A stretch of 64,000 nucleotides of DNA, taken from Planctomycetota bacterium. Lineage in GTDB: Bacteria; Planctomycetota; UBA8108; UBA1146. Location of the stretch: contig JAQBGV010000071.1 in assembly GCA_032128395.1 (NCBI GenBank), positions 7,303 through 71,302 on the forward strand, written 5' to 3'. The position numbers and the translations under genes are program-made. Below the pieces are notes generated by a model, which was not told where the DNA came from, searched no databases, and saw nothing but the letters and a program-made list of their open reading frames with translations. Positions 37,351 to 46,168 of this stretch are shown in pieces; position 1 is the first letter of the stretch; each line of letters begins with the position of its first letter.

Positions 37351-39171
37351 ATGGTTTCGAGCGGAAGCTCCGATGGACAGCTCGGGGTCGGCGGAGCATC
37401 CTCCTGCGACTGGCTCCGCACGCTTTGCGAGCCCCGGAAGGAGAAGCTCTTGTCCGGACCGGGAATCGTGGCAATCGGGGCTCTCGCGGCGGTCGGGGTC
37501 CTCCTCGCCGCGGGGACCGCACCCCGCGACCCCGCGACCCTCGTCATCGGGATCGGGACCGATCCGGGGAGCCTGGACCCGGCGCGGGTGACCGGAGTCC
37601 CCGAGGGACGAGTGCTGCGCGCCCTCTTCGAGGGGCTCACGGTCGCGGATCCCGAGACTCTCGAACCACTCCCCGGGGCAGCGTTGCGCTGGGAAGTCTC
37701 CGAGGACCAGCTTCGCTACCGCTTCGATCTGCGCGCAGATCTCCGTTGGTCGAACGGAGAGCCCCTCGGCGCCGACGACTTCCGCTTCGCGTGGCTCCGT
37801 CTCCTCGATCCCGCGGAGGGCTGCCCCTATGCGAGCCTGCTCTGGCCCGTTCGAGGGGCCCGCGCGTTCTCGGAGGGAGAGGGGGCGCGCGATGACGTGG
37901 CGATCGCCGCTCCCGATCGATCGACATTCGTCATCGAACTCGAGCGACCCACCCCGCACTTCCTTTCGCTGACCAGCTACTACCCGCTCTCGCCGGTCCA
38001 TCCCCGCAGCGTCGCCGATTCCGGCGGATCCGCGCTCCTCTCGCCGAAGGTGCTGGTCTCGAACGGCCCGTATCGTCTGGAGAGGCGATGGTTGCGCGAC
38101 CGGGTCCGAGTCGAACGAAACCCGTGCTACTGGGATGCATCCACGGTCGTGATCCCACGGATCGACTACCTCGCCGCGGAGTCCCCCACCACCTTGCTCA
38201 ACCTCTTCCTCACCGGGGAGGCCGACTGGGTGACGCGAATTCCACGAGACGTGATCCCGACCCTCGCGAGCGACCCCCGATTCAATTCGGTGTACCGACC
38301 GCAGCCGAATTTCGAGACCGCGTTCTACCGGGTGAACGTCACGCGCCCGCCGCTCGACGACCCGCGCATCCGTCGCGCCCTTTCGCTCGCGCTCGATCGG
38401 GCTGAGCTCTGCGACCGGGTGACGCGGGCGGGTGAGCAGCCGGCGTGGAGTTTCGTCCCGTGGCCTCGCGCCGCGCTGGAACGACTCGCAGGCACGTCCC
38501 CCGCCGCGACCCCGCCTCTGGCCGACTACCAACGCGCGTGCTTCTCCGCCGCCGGCGTCATCGCGGAGTCCGAAGTTCCCCCCGGGGCGTGGGACACCCT
38601 CGGGTACGACCCGCAGGGCGCGCGAACCCTCCTCGCCGAAGCGGGCTATCGGGTTCCCGGCGGAGACGATCCGGGCGCCCCCGCCCTCCCCCCGATCGAG
38701 ATCGTCTACAACACTTCGCCCCTCCATCAACGGGTCGCGGAGTGGATCCAGGATGCGTGGCATCGCGAGCTCGGAATCGACGTGCGCATGCGCAATCTCG
38801 AATGGAAGAGCGCGCTCGATGCGCAACGTGCCCTCGACTACGACGTCTCGCGCTCGTCGTGGATCGGCGATTATCTCGACCCGACCGCATTCCTCGAAGT
38901 GTTCGCCACCGGCTCCGGGACGAGCCGGACCGGGTGGTCGGACCCGGAGTTCGACCGATTGCTCGCGGATGCATCGGGGATCCCCGATGGCGAGATCCGT
39001 CGGACACTGCTCTTCGAGGCCGAGCGGATCCTCCTCGAGCGAGGTCCTCTGATCCCTCTCTGGTACGGGGTCACCACCTCGCTCGTCTCGCCTCGGATCG
39101 AGGGGATGGGGCGGAACGCGCTCGACCAACAGTGGCCCAAACGGCTGAGGCTGAGGGAGACCGAAGAGTGA
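37351..39171 (+). CDS. family-5 solute-binding protein (peptide/nickel type), module 2
   Basis: IGIGTDPGSLDPA, ALFEGLTV, LRWSNGEPLGADDF and EIVYNTS motifs. An alternative start TTG 37450 sits 6 nt after GGAAGGAG and would give a cleaner signal peptide. Confidence 0.82.
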   Translation: MVSSGSSDGQLGVGGASSCDWLRTLCEPRKEKLLSGPGIVAIGALAAVGVLLAAGTAPRDPATLVIGIGTDPGSLDPARVTGVPEGRVLRALFEGLTVADPETLEPLPGAALRWEVSEDQLRYRFDLRADLRWSNGEPLGADDFRFAWLRLLDPAEGCPYASLLWPVRGARAFSEGEGARDDVAIAAPDRSTFVIELERPTPHFLSLTSYYPLSPVHPRSVADSGGSALLSPKVLVSNGPYRLERRWLRDRVRVERNPCYWDASTVVIPRIDYLAAESPTTLLNLFLTGEADWVTRIPRDVIPTLASDPRFNSVYRPQPNFETAFYRVNVTRPPLDDPRIRRALSLALDRAELCDRVTRAGEQPAWSFVPWPRAALERLAGTSPAATPPLADYQRACFSAAGVIAESEVPPGAWDTLGYDPQGARTLLAEAGYRVPGGDDPGAPALPPIEIVYNTSPLHQRVAEWIQDAWHRELGIDVRMRNLEWKSALDAQRALDYDVSRSSWIGDYLDPTAFLEVFATGSGTSRTGWSDPEFDRLLADASGIPDGEIRRTLLFEAERILLERGPLIPLWYGVTTSLVSPRIEGMGRNALDQQWPKRLRLRETEE

Positions 39172-40088
39172 CCGCCCTCATCCTGCGCCGGATGCTCTGG
39201 CTGGTCCTGACCCTCTGGGCGGTTTTCACCGTCACGTTCTTCCTGATGCGCGCGGTGCCGGGGGGACCCTTCGATGAAGAACGCGCTCCTCCCGCCGCCG
39301 TGCAGGCCGCCATCGAAGCCCGTTATCGCCTCGACGAGCCCCTCCTCGTTCAGTACGTCCACCACCTCGGGGGTGCGTTCCACGGGGACCTGGGACCGAG
39401 CTACCGGCTCGTCGACTACACCGTGGTCGAGGTGATCGCGGAGGGATTGCCTCGGAGTCTCCTCCTCGGCGGGCTCGCACTCGCGCTCGCGCTCGCGATG
39501 GGGGTCGGGGCTGGAGCGGCGGCCGCAGCAGCCCCGGGGAGCCGGACCGATACCGTGGTGATGGCGATCGCGACACTCGGACTGGCGCTCCCGAACTTCG
39601 TGATCGCCTCGGGTCTGGTGTTGTTGGTGTCGTTCGTCCTCGGCGTCCTTCCCGCCGCCGGCTGGGGAGGGGCTCGACATCTCGTTCTGCCGTCGATCTG
39701 TCTCGCACTTCCGTATGCGGCATCGATCGCTCGGCTCGCGCGCACCGGCCTCCTCGAGATGATGAGCGAGGACTTCATCCGCACCGCGCGCGCGAAGGGA
39801 TTGTCGCGTCGCCAGGCTCTCTGGCGTCACGCGCTGCGACCCGGCCTGATCCCCGTGGTCAGCTACCTCGGTCCGGCCGCAGCGGGGATCCTCACCGGAT
39901 CACTCGTCATCGAGCAGGTCTTCGCCATCCCCGGGATCGGAAGTCACTTCGTCCAAGCGGCACTCAATCGCGACTACCCGCTCTCGATGGGAGTGGTGCT
40001 CCTGTACACCCTGCTCGTCTCCTCCTTCAACGTGCTGGTCGACCTCGCGGTGCGACTGCTCGACCCGCGGGCGCAGGTGCTCGGGTGA
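39168..40088 (+). CDS. peptide ABC permease (DppB-like), module 2
   Basis: GTG 39168 overlaps the SBP stop (GTGA). ILRRMLWLVLTLWAVFTVTFFLMRAVPGGP and DFIRTARAKGLSRRQALWRHALRP EAA loop. Confidence 0.85.
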   Translation: MTALILRRMLWLVLTLWAVFTVTFFLMRAVPGGPFDEERAPPAAVQAAIEARYRLDEPLLVQYVHHLGGAFHGDLGPSYRLVDYTVVEVIAEGLPRSLLLGGLALALALAMGVGAGAAAAAAPGSRTDTVVMAIATLGLALPNFVIASGLVLLVSFVLGVLPAAGWGGARHLVLPSICLALPYAASIARLARTGLLEMMSEDFIRTARAKGLSRRQALWRHALRPGLIPVVSYLGPAAAGILTGSLVIEQVFAIPGIGSHFVQAALNRDYPLSMGVVLLYTLLVSSFNVLVDLAVRLLDPRAQVLG

Positions 40089-41048
40089 AGGGGCAGACTC
40101 GCGGTCGGAGTCCGGGAGCGCGGGCGTGGCGGCGATTGTGGCGACGCCGCACGACTCGGTTCGCCGGCGGGATCCTCCTCGGGATCGGTCTGCTCGCGAC
40201 GGTGACTCCGTGGCTCCCGCTCGCTTCACCGAGAGCAGTGCGCGCGGAGTTGGCGGGCGTGCCACCCAATCTCGAGTCGGCCCCCACGGAGGTGCAGATC
40301 CCCCCGGTGCGGCGCGCGCTCTTCGGAGACTTCTCGCTCCCCCCACTGTGCGGGAGGGACGCTCTCGGGAGGGACCTGCTCGCCCGCATCTTGTGGGGTG
40401 CGAGGATCTCACTGCTCACCGCGGTGGCTGCCGCACTCGTCTCGCTGGCGATCGGGGTCACTTGGGGTGCGATCGCCGGCTATTGCGGAGGCTTCATCGA
40501 CGAGGCGATGATGCGCGTCGTCGATCTGCTCTACTCGGTGCCCTTCATCTTCGTGGTGATCTTCTTCGTCACCGTCGCGAGGGGGGTCCGGGCTGGTCGA
40601 GGGAGCGACCGGGAATCTCGTCGTGTTCCTGGTGACCCTCGGGCTCGTGTATTGGTTGACGATGGCGCGGGTCGTGCACGGGCAGGTGACCGCGCTCCGG
40701 AACCGTGAATTCGTCGAGGGTGCCCGCGCTCTCGGCGCCTCGGGCGATCGGATCATCCGGGTTCATCTCCTCCCGAACCTCGCGCCGCTGATCGTCGTCA
40801 CACTGACCCTGACGATCCCCCGCATCCTGCTCTTCGAGGCATTCCTGAGTTTTCTCGGACTCGGCGTGGAAGCTCCTTTGGTCAGCTGGGGGACTCTGTC
40901 CCGAGAAGCGTTCGAGGTCCTGACGCCGATCAACACCCCTTGGTGGCTCGTCCTCTTCCCCTCCCTGGCGATCGTCATGACCCTCGGAGCGCTGAATCAC
41001 CTCGGCGATGCGCTCCGCGATGCGATCGATCCCAAAGGTGCCTGCTAA
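40085..41048 (+). pseudogene. peptide ABC permease (DppC-like), module 2, interrupted by a +1 nt frameshift in a G6 run
   Basis: The N-terminal part is in the frame of 40085-40708 up to ...IFFVTVAR. The C-terminal part (GNLVVFLVTLGLVYWLTMARVVHGQV...EFVEGARALGAS...DAIDPKG) is in the frame of 40623-41048. Deleting one G of gggggg (40581-40586) restores one continuous 320-aa DppC-like ORF. Confidence 0.75.
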
Positions 41049-41181
41049 AGCGAACCGATTTTTGCGTAGCATCGGCAGCCCTCCGATTCCACCGCTCGAC
41101 CCGCTGCTTCCATGGGCTCTGGTGGCGTAGAATCCTACCTGGCGGCAACACGGGCCACCGCGCACTCGGGAAGGAACTCCC

Positions 41182-44100
41182 ATGCATGAGAATCTGGATC
41201 GACTCGATCGCGGCACTCACGGCAACGCTGCGGTGGTCGTAGTCGCCGCGGTCCTCCTCATCGGTTGCCTCGTAGCGGTCCTTCTGCTCCGCACAGCAGA
41301 GCTCTCCCGTCTCGCACCGAGTGCGGGTGAGACTCCCATCGCCGAAGAGTCGACGAGGGAGGGGCCGGTCTCGCCGGGGACCGAGATCCCCGACCTCGAT
41401 CCGGCTCCGGCCACCGCCGAGGCGACCGAACCGACCCTCGAGCCTCCTTCCCTGTTCCATGGAACCGTGACGACCCCGGAGGGCGCACCCATCGAGGGAG
41501 CACACGTGCGCTCCCTCGGCTTCCTACCCGCCGCTCGTGTGCATCAAGTGATCGGGGATGAAGTCCTCTTGGTCCCCGCCGACCCCGCCGGCCCCAGAGC
41601 GGCCGAGGCCACGATTCTCGCGGCACCGATGGTGACGACCGATGCCGAGGGTACGTTCGAACTCCCCGGTGATGCGGGAGGCTCTCTCCTGATCTCCGCC
41701 GAGGGGTTCGCGCCGCTCCTGGTGCAGCTGGGGCGGTTCGATGGAATCGACGTCGCGTCGATCGACCATGCCGCGGAACTCCGGGATGCGCTCGTCCGCA
41801 CGCGCGAACGAGAGTACGTCCTGACCCCCGCGACGCTGATCACCGGGACGGTGACCTCCCGGATCGACGGGAGCCCCGCGGTCGGGGTCGAGGTGATCGC
41901 GATGGAGAACCACGAGGGGGGGATCCTCGGCATGGCGATGGCGGGGCTGCTGAGCGAGACGCGGGCTCGAGTGAACGCGGAAGGGACGTATGGGATCTGG
42001 ATCTCGGACTCCGGGGAGTACCAAGTCGGGGCGCGTTCCGGCGTCAGCGAATTTGCCCCGATTCCCGTGAGCCGGTGGACCCGGCAACTCGTGGAGCGGG
42101 GAGATCTCTCGCACCGGATCGACTTCGTGGTCTCACCGGGAGGAGTGATCGAGGGTCGCCTGATCTCCGGCCGGCAGTTCCCGATCACGGCCGGAACGGT
42201 CGGCGTCCTGCCCGATCTCCAACTCACCGAGCTGGCGAGTGCCTCGATGAGCGGGGAGCTCGACCCTCGACGGATGGATGTCGGTGAAGATGGCTCGTTC
42301 CGGATCGGCGGACTTCCCCTCGGGAGGGCGTACCGAGTGATGGCGGAGGCGGCGGGTCATGCCCACGCGAACGCCGTCACTCGAGAACTGACCGAGGTCG
42401 ATCCCTACGCCTTCGTCGAGGTGAACCTCGTTCGAGGATCCACGATCTCCGGAACCGTGATCATCGAGTCCGGCGAACCCGCCCCGGGGGTGCAGGTTCG
42501 CCTCGCCGCGGACCTGCAGACCCTGATGAAGGGTGGGTTCGCCGCCGCCGCTTCCGCCGCGGTCGAACCCACGGTCTCCGGCGACGATGGGAGCTTCACG
42601 CTCGAGCATATCTCCGCCGGGGAGTATCGCCTGCTCGCAGGGAAGGATGAGATGGACTTCAACCCGTTCGCTCCGGCGATGGGCGAAGCGGTCGAAGTCG
42701 ATGGCGAAAGTGATCTCAGCGGCGTCGTGCTCGTCACCGCCCCCTCGTTCGAAGGATTTCGCGGCGACTTGACCGGGCGTGTCGTCGATGGGGAGGGACG
42801 TCCCCTCGCCGGAGTCACAGTCAAGATCACCGGCAACAGTGAAACCACGGCCGAGGGAGCTCCCGTCGCGGTCTCTGGGAGTTTGGTCTCGACGCAAAGT
42901 GTCGATGATCCCGAGCTCGTGCTGGTGACCGATCGCAGCGGTGCCTTCGATGCCCCCGGGATGGCGTTCGAGGGCGCGATGATCGAGGTGACCCTCGCCA
43001 CCTACGCCTCCGAGTTCGAGGTCCTCGCCGCAGGACAGACCGAGGTCGAGATCGTTCTCGAGGCGGTCGGCGTGGTGCGAGGACGAGTGGTGCTCGCCGA
43101 TGGCAGCGCCCCTACGGTTCCTTTCCGCGTCGTGGCCGAGCTGGTCGGCGAATCCGCGGGCGGGTTCCAGGAGCAGATCGCCCAGATGGTCGGTGGCGAC
43201 CGCGGCGAAGGCGATGCGGGGAACGAGGATGGCACCTTCGAGTTGACCGAGGTGCCGATCGGACTCGTCGAGATCGTCGCCCGTGCCCCCGGCCTCGCTC
43301 CCGCTCGTTCGAATCCACTTCAAGTCCAGCCTGGATCGGAGATCACCGGCGTCGTGCTCGTTCTCACCCGAGGCGCATCGATCTTCGGGCAGGTGGTGGA
43401 TCCGGATGGCACCCCGCTCGGCGGGGCGAAGATCTTCTGCCTCCCCTCGCGGAAGGCGTCCGCGCTCAACGATTTGATGGCACGGATGCTCCCCGCCCTC
43501 GCCGGCGGGGAGGCCGGGGTCGTCACCGGGTCCGATGGCTCCTACGTCCTCTCCCATCTCGAGCCCGGCGAGTATCTCATCCGGGCGGTGCACGAGTCCT
43601 TCGCCCGAAGCGAACCGGCGCACATCACTGTACGATCGGAGGAGGAGAAGGGCGCCCCTGCGATCGCGATGTTGCTCGGCGGCGTCGTCGAGGGGGTCGT
43701 CCTCCGATCCGGGACCCCGTCGCCGGGGATGATGGCCCAGATCTTCTCCGGCGGAACGTTCCAGCAAGCGATGACCGACGCCGAGGGTGCGTTCCGGTTC
43801 GAGAACCTGCCGGACGGTGAACACGCGCTGATGTTCATGGACCTGGCGAACGCGATGCGCCCCGGCGGCGGGAGCGGCATCCGCACTCGAACCGTCGAGG
43901 TGGGAGCGGGGGAGACGACCACCCTCGAGATCGCCTTCGGCACCGGGCAGACGGTGCGCGGCACGGTCGAGAATCATCCGGGTGGGGCGATGCGAATGGT
44001 CACGCTTCGGCGACCGGGCGGACCGGCCCCCGAGGAGATGGATCCTCTCGACATGGAGGCGGCCGTGGTCAGCGCCCGTTACCAGATCGGCATGGCGATG

Positions 44101-44283
44101 CTCGGGCCAGACGGCGAGTTCGCGATCGCGGACATCGAACCGGGAGAGTACATCCTCGAGATCCCCGCGCTGCCGGATGACCCGACCGACCTGCAGGCGT
44201 ACCAGGAGATGGATCGAACGCCGCTCCACCGGGAGACGATCACGGTGAGGGAGAGCGATGTGACCCTGAGCATTCGGTTGTAG
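41182..44283 (+). CDS. membrane-anchored protein of about nine tandem carboxypeptidase-regulatory-like (CarboxypepD_reg/prealbumin-fold) domains
   Basis: ATG after GGAAGGA. N-terminal TM (AAVVVVAAVLLIGCLVAVLLL). Modules of about 100 aa recur, each starting G[TRQ]V...G.P..G..V and ending [DE]G.F.L...PGEY.L (GTVTTPEGAPIEGAHV, GRVVDGEGRPLAGVTV, GQVVDPDGTPLGGAKI; SAGEYRLLAG, EPGEYLIRAV, EPGEYILEI). Confidence 0.75.
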   Translation: MHENLDRLDRGTHGNAAVVVVAAVLLIGCLVAVLLLRTAELSRLAPSAGETPIAEESTREGPVSPGTEIPDLDPAPATAEATEPTLEPPSLFHGTVTTPEGAPIEGAHVRSLGFLPAARVHQVIGDEVLLVPADPAGPRAAEATILAAPMVTTDAEGTFELPGDAGGSLLISAEGFAPLLVQLGRFDGIDVASIDHAAELRDALVRTREREYVLTPATLITGTVTSRIDGSPAVGVEVIAMENHEGGILGMAMAGLLSETRARVNAEGTYGIWISDSGEYQVGARSGVSEFAPIPVSRWTRQLVERGDLSHRIDFVVSPGGVIEGRLISGRQFPITAGTVGVLPDLQLTELASASMSGELDPRRMDVGEDGSFRIGGLPLGRAYRVMAEAAGHAHANAVTRELTEVDPYAFVEVNLVRGSTISGTVIIESGEPAPGVQVRLAADLQTLMKGGFAAAASAAVEPTVSGDDGSFTLEHISAGEYRLLAGKDEMDFNPFAPAMGEAVEVDGESDLSGVVLVTAPSFEGFRGDLTGRVVDGEGRPLAGVTVKITGNSETTAEGAPVAVSGSLVSTQSVDDPELVLVTDRSGAFDAPGMAFEGAMIEVTLATYASEFEVLAAGQTEVEIVLEAVGVVRGRVVLADGSAPTVPFRVVAELVGESAGGFQEQIAQMVGGDRGEGDAGNEDGTFELTEVPIGLVEIVARAPGLAPARSNPLQVQPGSEITGVVLVLTRGASIFGQVVDPDGTPLGGAKIFCLPSRKASALNDLMARMLPALAGGEAGVVTGSDGSYVLSHLEPGEYLIRAVHESFARSEPAHITVRSEEEKGAPAIAMLLGGVVEGVVLRSGTPSPGMMAQIFSGGTFQQAMTDAEGAFRFENLPDGEHALMFMDLANAMRPGGGSGIRTRTVEVGAGETTTLEIAFGTGQTVRGTVENHPGGAMRMVTLRRPGGPAPEEMDPLDMEAAVVSARYQIGMAMLGPDGEFAIADIEPGEYILEIPALPDDPTDLQAYQEMDRTPLHRETITVRESDVTLSIRL

Positions 44284-44300
44284 GGGCTCGCCCCGACTTC

Positions 44301-45185
44301 CTACTCCTTCATCCGAGGATCGAACGCATCGCGCAGTCCGTCGCCGAAGAGGTTGAAGCCGAGCACCGTGGCACTGATCGCGAGCCCCGGCAGGACCCCC
44401 ATCCACGGCATCACCGGCCAGTGCTCCTTCGAGTCGACGAGCATCCGGCCCCATGACGGGGACGGCGGCGGGAGGCCGATCCCGAGGAAGCTCAGACCCG
44501 CCTCCGCGAGGATGTTTCCGGCGATCATCAGGGTCGCGACCACGACGATCGGTCCCATGCAGTTCGGAAGGATGTGCCTCAGGAGGATTGCGGGGTTCGA
44601 TTGACCGAGAGCGCGTGCGGCGAGGACGTACTCCGTATCGCGCAGCGAGATCACCTGACCTCGCACGATGCGTGCGACCCCGGGCCATCCCACCAGCCCG
44701 AGCGCCGCGAAGATGATCACTTCCGTCGGTTTCTCGAAGACCGCGAGGATGCCGATCGCGAGCAGAAGGCTCGGGAAAGCGAAGAAGGTGTCGGTCAACC
44801 GCGAGATGAGCCAATCGGTCGCCCCGGAGACGTACCCGGCAATCGCGCCGAGGAGCACGCCGATGAAGACCGCGACGCCAGTTCCCACCACTCCGACCCG
44901 GAGCGAGATTCCAGCCCCGTAGATCAATCGGGAGAGCACGTCGCGGCCGAGTTCATCGGTCCCCAGCAGGTGCTTCCCCGTGGTGAACGGCGCGACCTGC
45001 CACGACTCTGCGCTCTGGTACTGCTCCTTGAAGGAGTGAGGTGCGAACAAACCGGGGAGCAGACCGACGACGACGACGATCCCGACCACGCCCAGCCCGA
45101 CGATCGCGAGTCGGTTCTTCCGGAGGCGTCGCATGGCGAGCCGGGTCGGGGAGCGTCCCGCGATCCTCTTTTCAACCGCGGCCAT
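44301..45185 (-). CDS. peptide ABC permease (DppC-like), module 3
   Basis: Start set to ATG 45185 (GAGGG 7 nt upstream; the track ORF begins at 45212). LLGTDELGRDVLSRLIYG and EYVLAARALGQSNPAILLRHILPN. Confidence 0.85.
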   Translation of the reverse strand: MAAVEKRIAGRSPTRLAMRRLRKNRLAIVGLGVVGIVVVVGLLPGLFAPHSFKEQYQSAESWQVAPFTTGKHLLGTDELGRDVLSRLIYGAGISLRVGVVGTGVAVFIGVLLGAIAGYVSGATDWLISRLTDTFFAFPSLLLAIGILAVFEKPTEVIIFAALGLVGWPGVARIVRGQVISLRDTEYVLAARALGQSNPAILLRHILPNCMGPIVVVATLMIAGNILAEAGLSFLGIGLPPPSPSWGRMLVDSKEHWPVMPWMGVLPGLAISATVLGFNLFGDGLRDAFDPRMKE

Positions 45186-46140
45186 GGCGTACCCTCGGGT
45201 CGAAGAACCCATAGCTCAGGTCGACGAGGAGATTCACGACCACAAAAATCACGGACATGATCAGGATTCCCCCCGTGATCACCATGCGGTCCCGCTGGAT
45301 GATCGAGTCGACGATCGTCCTCCCCAGACCGGGGAGAGCAAAGACCGACTCGGTGAGCACCGCTCCGACGAGCAGGTAGCCGAACGAATTCCCCACCACG
45401 GTCACGATGGGGATCGCAGCGTTGCGGAGCGCATGCCTGAGAATCACCACTCGCTCCCGCAGCCCCTTGGCCCGCGCGGTGCGCACGTAGTCTTGGGTCA
45501 GCACATCGAGCATGGCGGACCTGGTCAGGCGTGCGATCGTCGCCGAGGAGATCAGGCCGAGCGCAGTACAGGGGAGCGCGAGGGAGCGGACCTGGTCGAG
45601 CCAGCTTGTATTGTGAAAGCCGCTGAACGGCAATTTCAAGAACGGGATGTTCTCGTTCAAGAACGGTACGGCGAAGATGATCATCAGGATCCCGAGCCAG
45701 AACACCGGCATCGAGACCCCGATGATGGCGATCACCATCGACGTGTAGTCGAGCCAGGTGCGACTCCGCACGGCCGAGATGATCCCCGCCCCCACCCCGA
45801 GCATCACCGCGATGAAGATCGATCCGATCGCGAGTCGCAGGGTGAGCCAGAAGGCACCGGTGATCACTTCGGAGACACGCTGCCCGGCCTTGACGTCGGA
45901 CTCGCCCAGGTCCCCGTGCAGGAGCACGTTCCCGAGGTAGCGGCCGTACTGGACCATGAAAGGGTCGAGATACCCGTGCTCTCGGTTCCACGCCTCGACC
46001 ATACTCGGATCGGCGTGTTGCCCGAGGCGGATGCGGCCGGGATCTCCCGGGATCAGGGCGTTCAGAGTGAATACGATCAGCGTCACGAGGAGGATCACGG
46101 GGATCACCCCGAAGAGCCGCTGGACTGCGTAGCTCAGCAA
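45172..46140 (-). CDS. peptide ABC permease (DppB-like), module 3
   Basis: YAVQRLFGVIPVILLVTLIVFTL and DYVRTARAKGLRERVVILRHALRN. 322 aa. Confidence 0.85.
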   Translation of the reverse strand: MLSYAVQRLFGVIPVILLVTLIVFTLNALIPGDPGRIRLGQHADPSMVEAWNREHGYLDPFMVQYGRYLGNVLLHGDLGESDVKAGQRVSEVITGAFWLTLRLAIGSIFIAVMLGVGAGIISAVRSRTWLDYTSMVIAIIGVSMPVFWLGILMIIFAVPFLNENIPFLKLPFSGFHNTSWLDQVRSLALPCTALGLISSATIARLTRSAMLDVLTQDYVRTARAKGLRERVVILRHALRNAAIPIVTVVGNSFGYLLVGAVLTESVFALPGLGRTIVDSIIQRDRMVITGGILIMSVIFVVVNLLVDLSYGFFDPRVRHGRG

Positions 46141-46168
46141 CGGAGGAACTCGACCTTCATGAACCGGG

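Noticed and set aside
41049-41181. Possible sigma70 promoter for the 1033-aa gene (tagaat at about 41126-41131).
   Set aside because: No acceptable -35 hexamer at 16-18 nt spacing and no TG extension. A single AT-rich hexamer is not enough to call a promoter.
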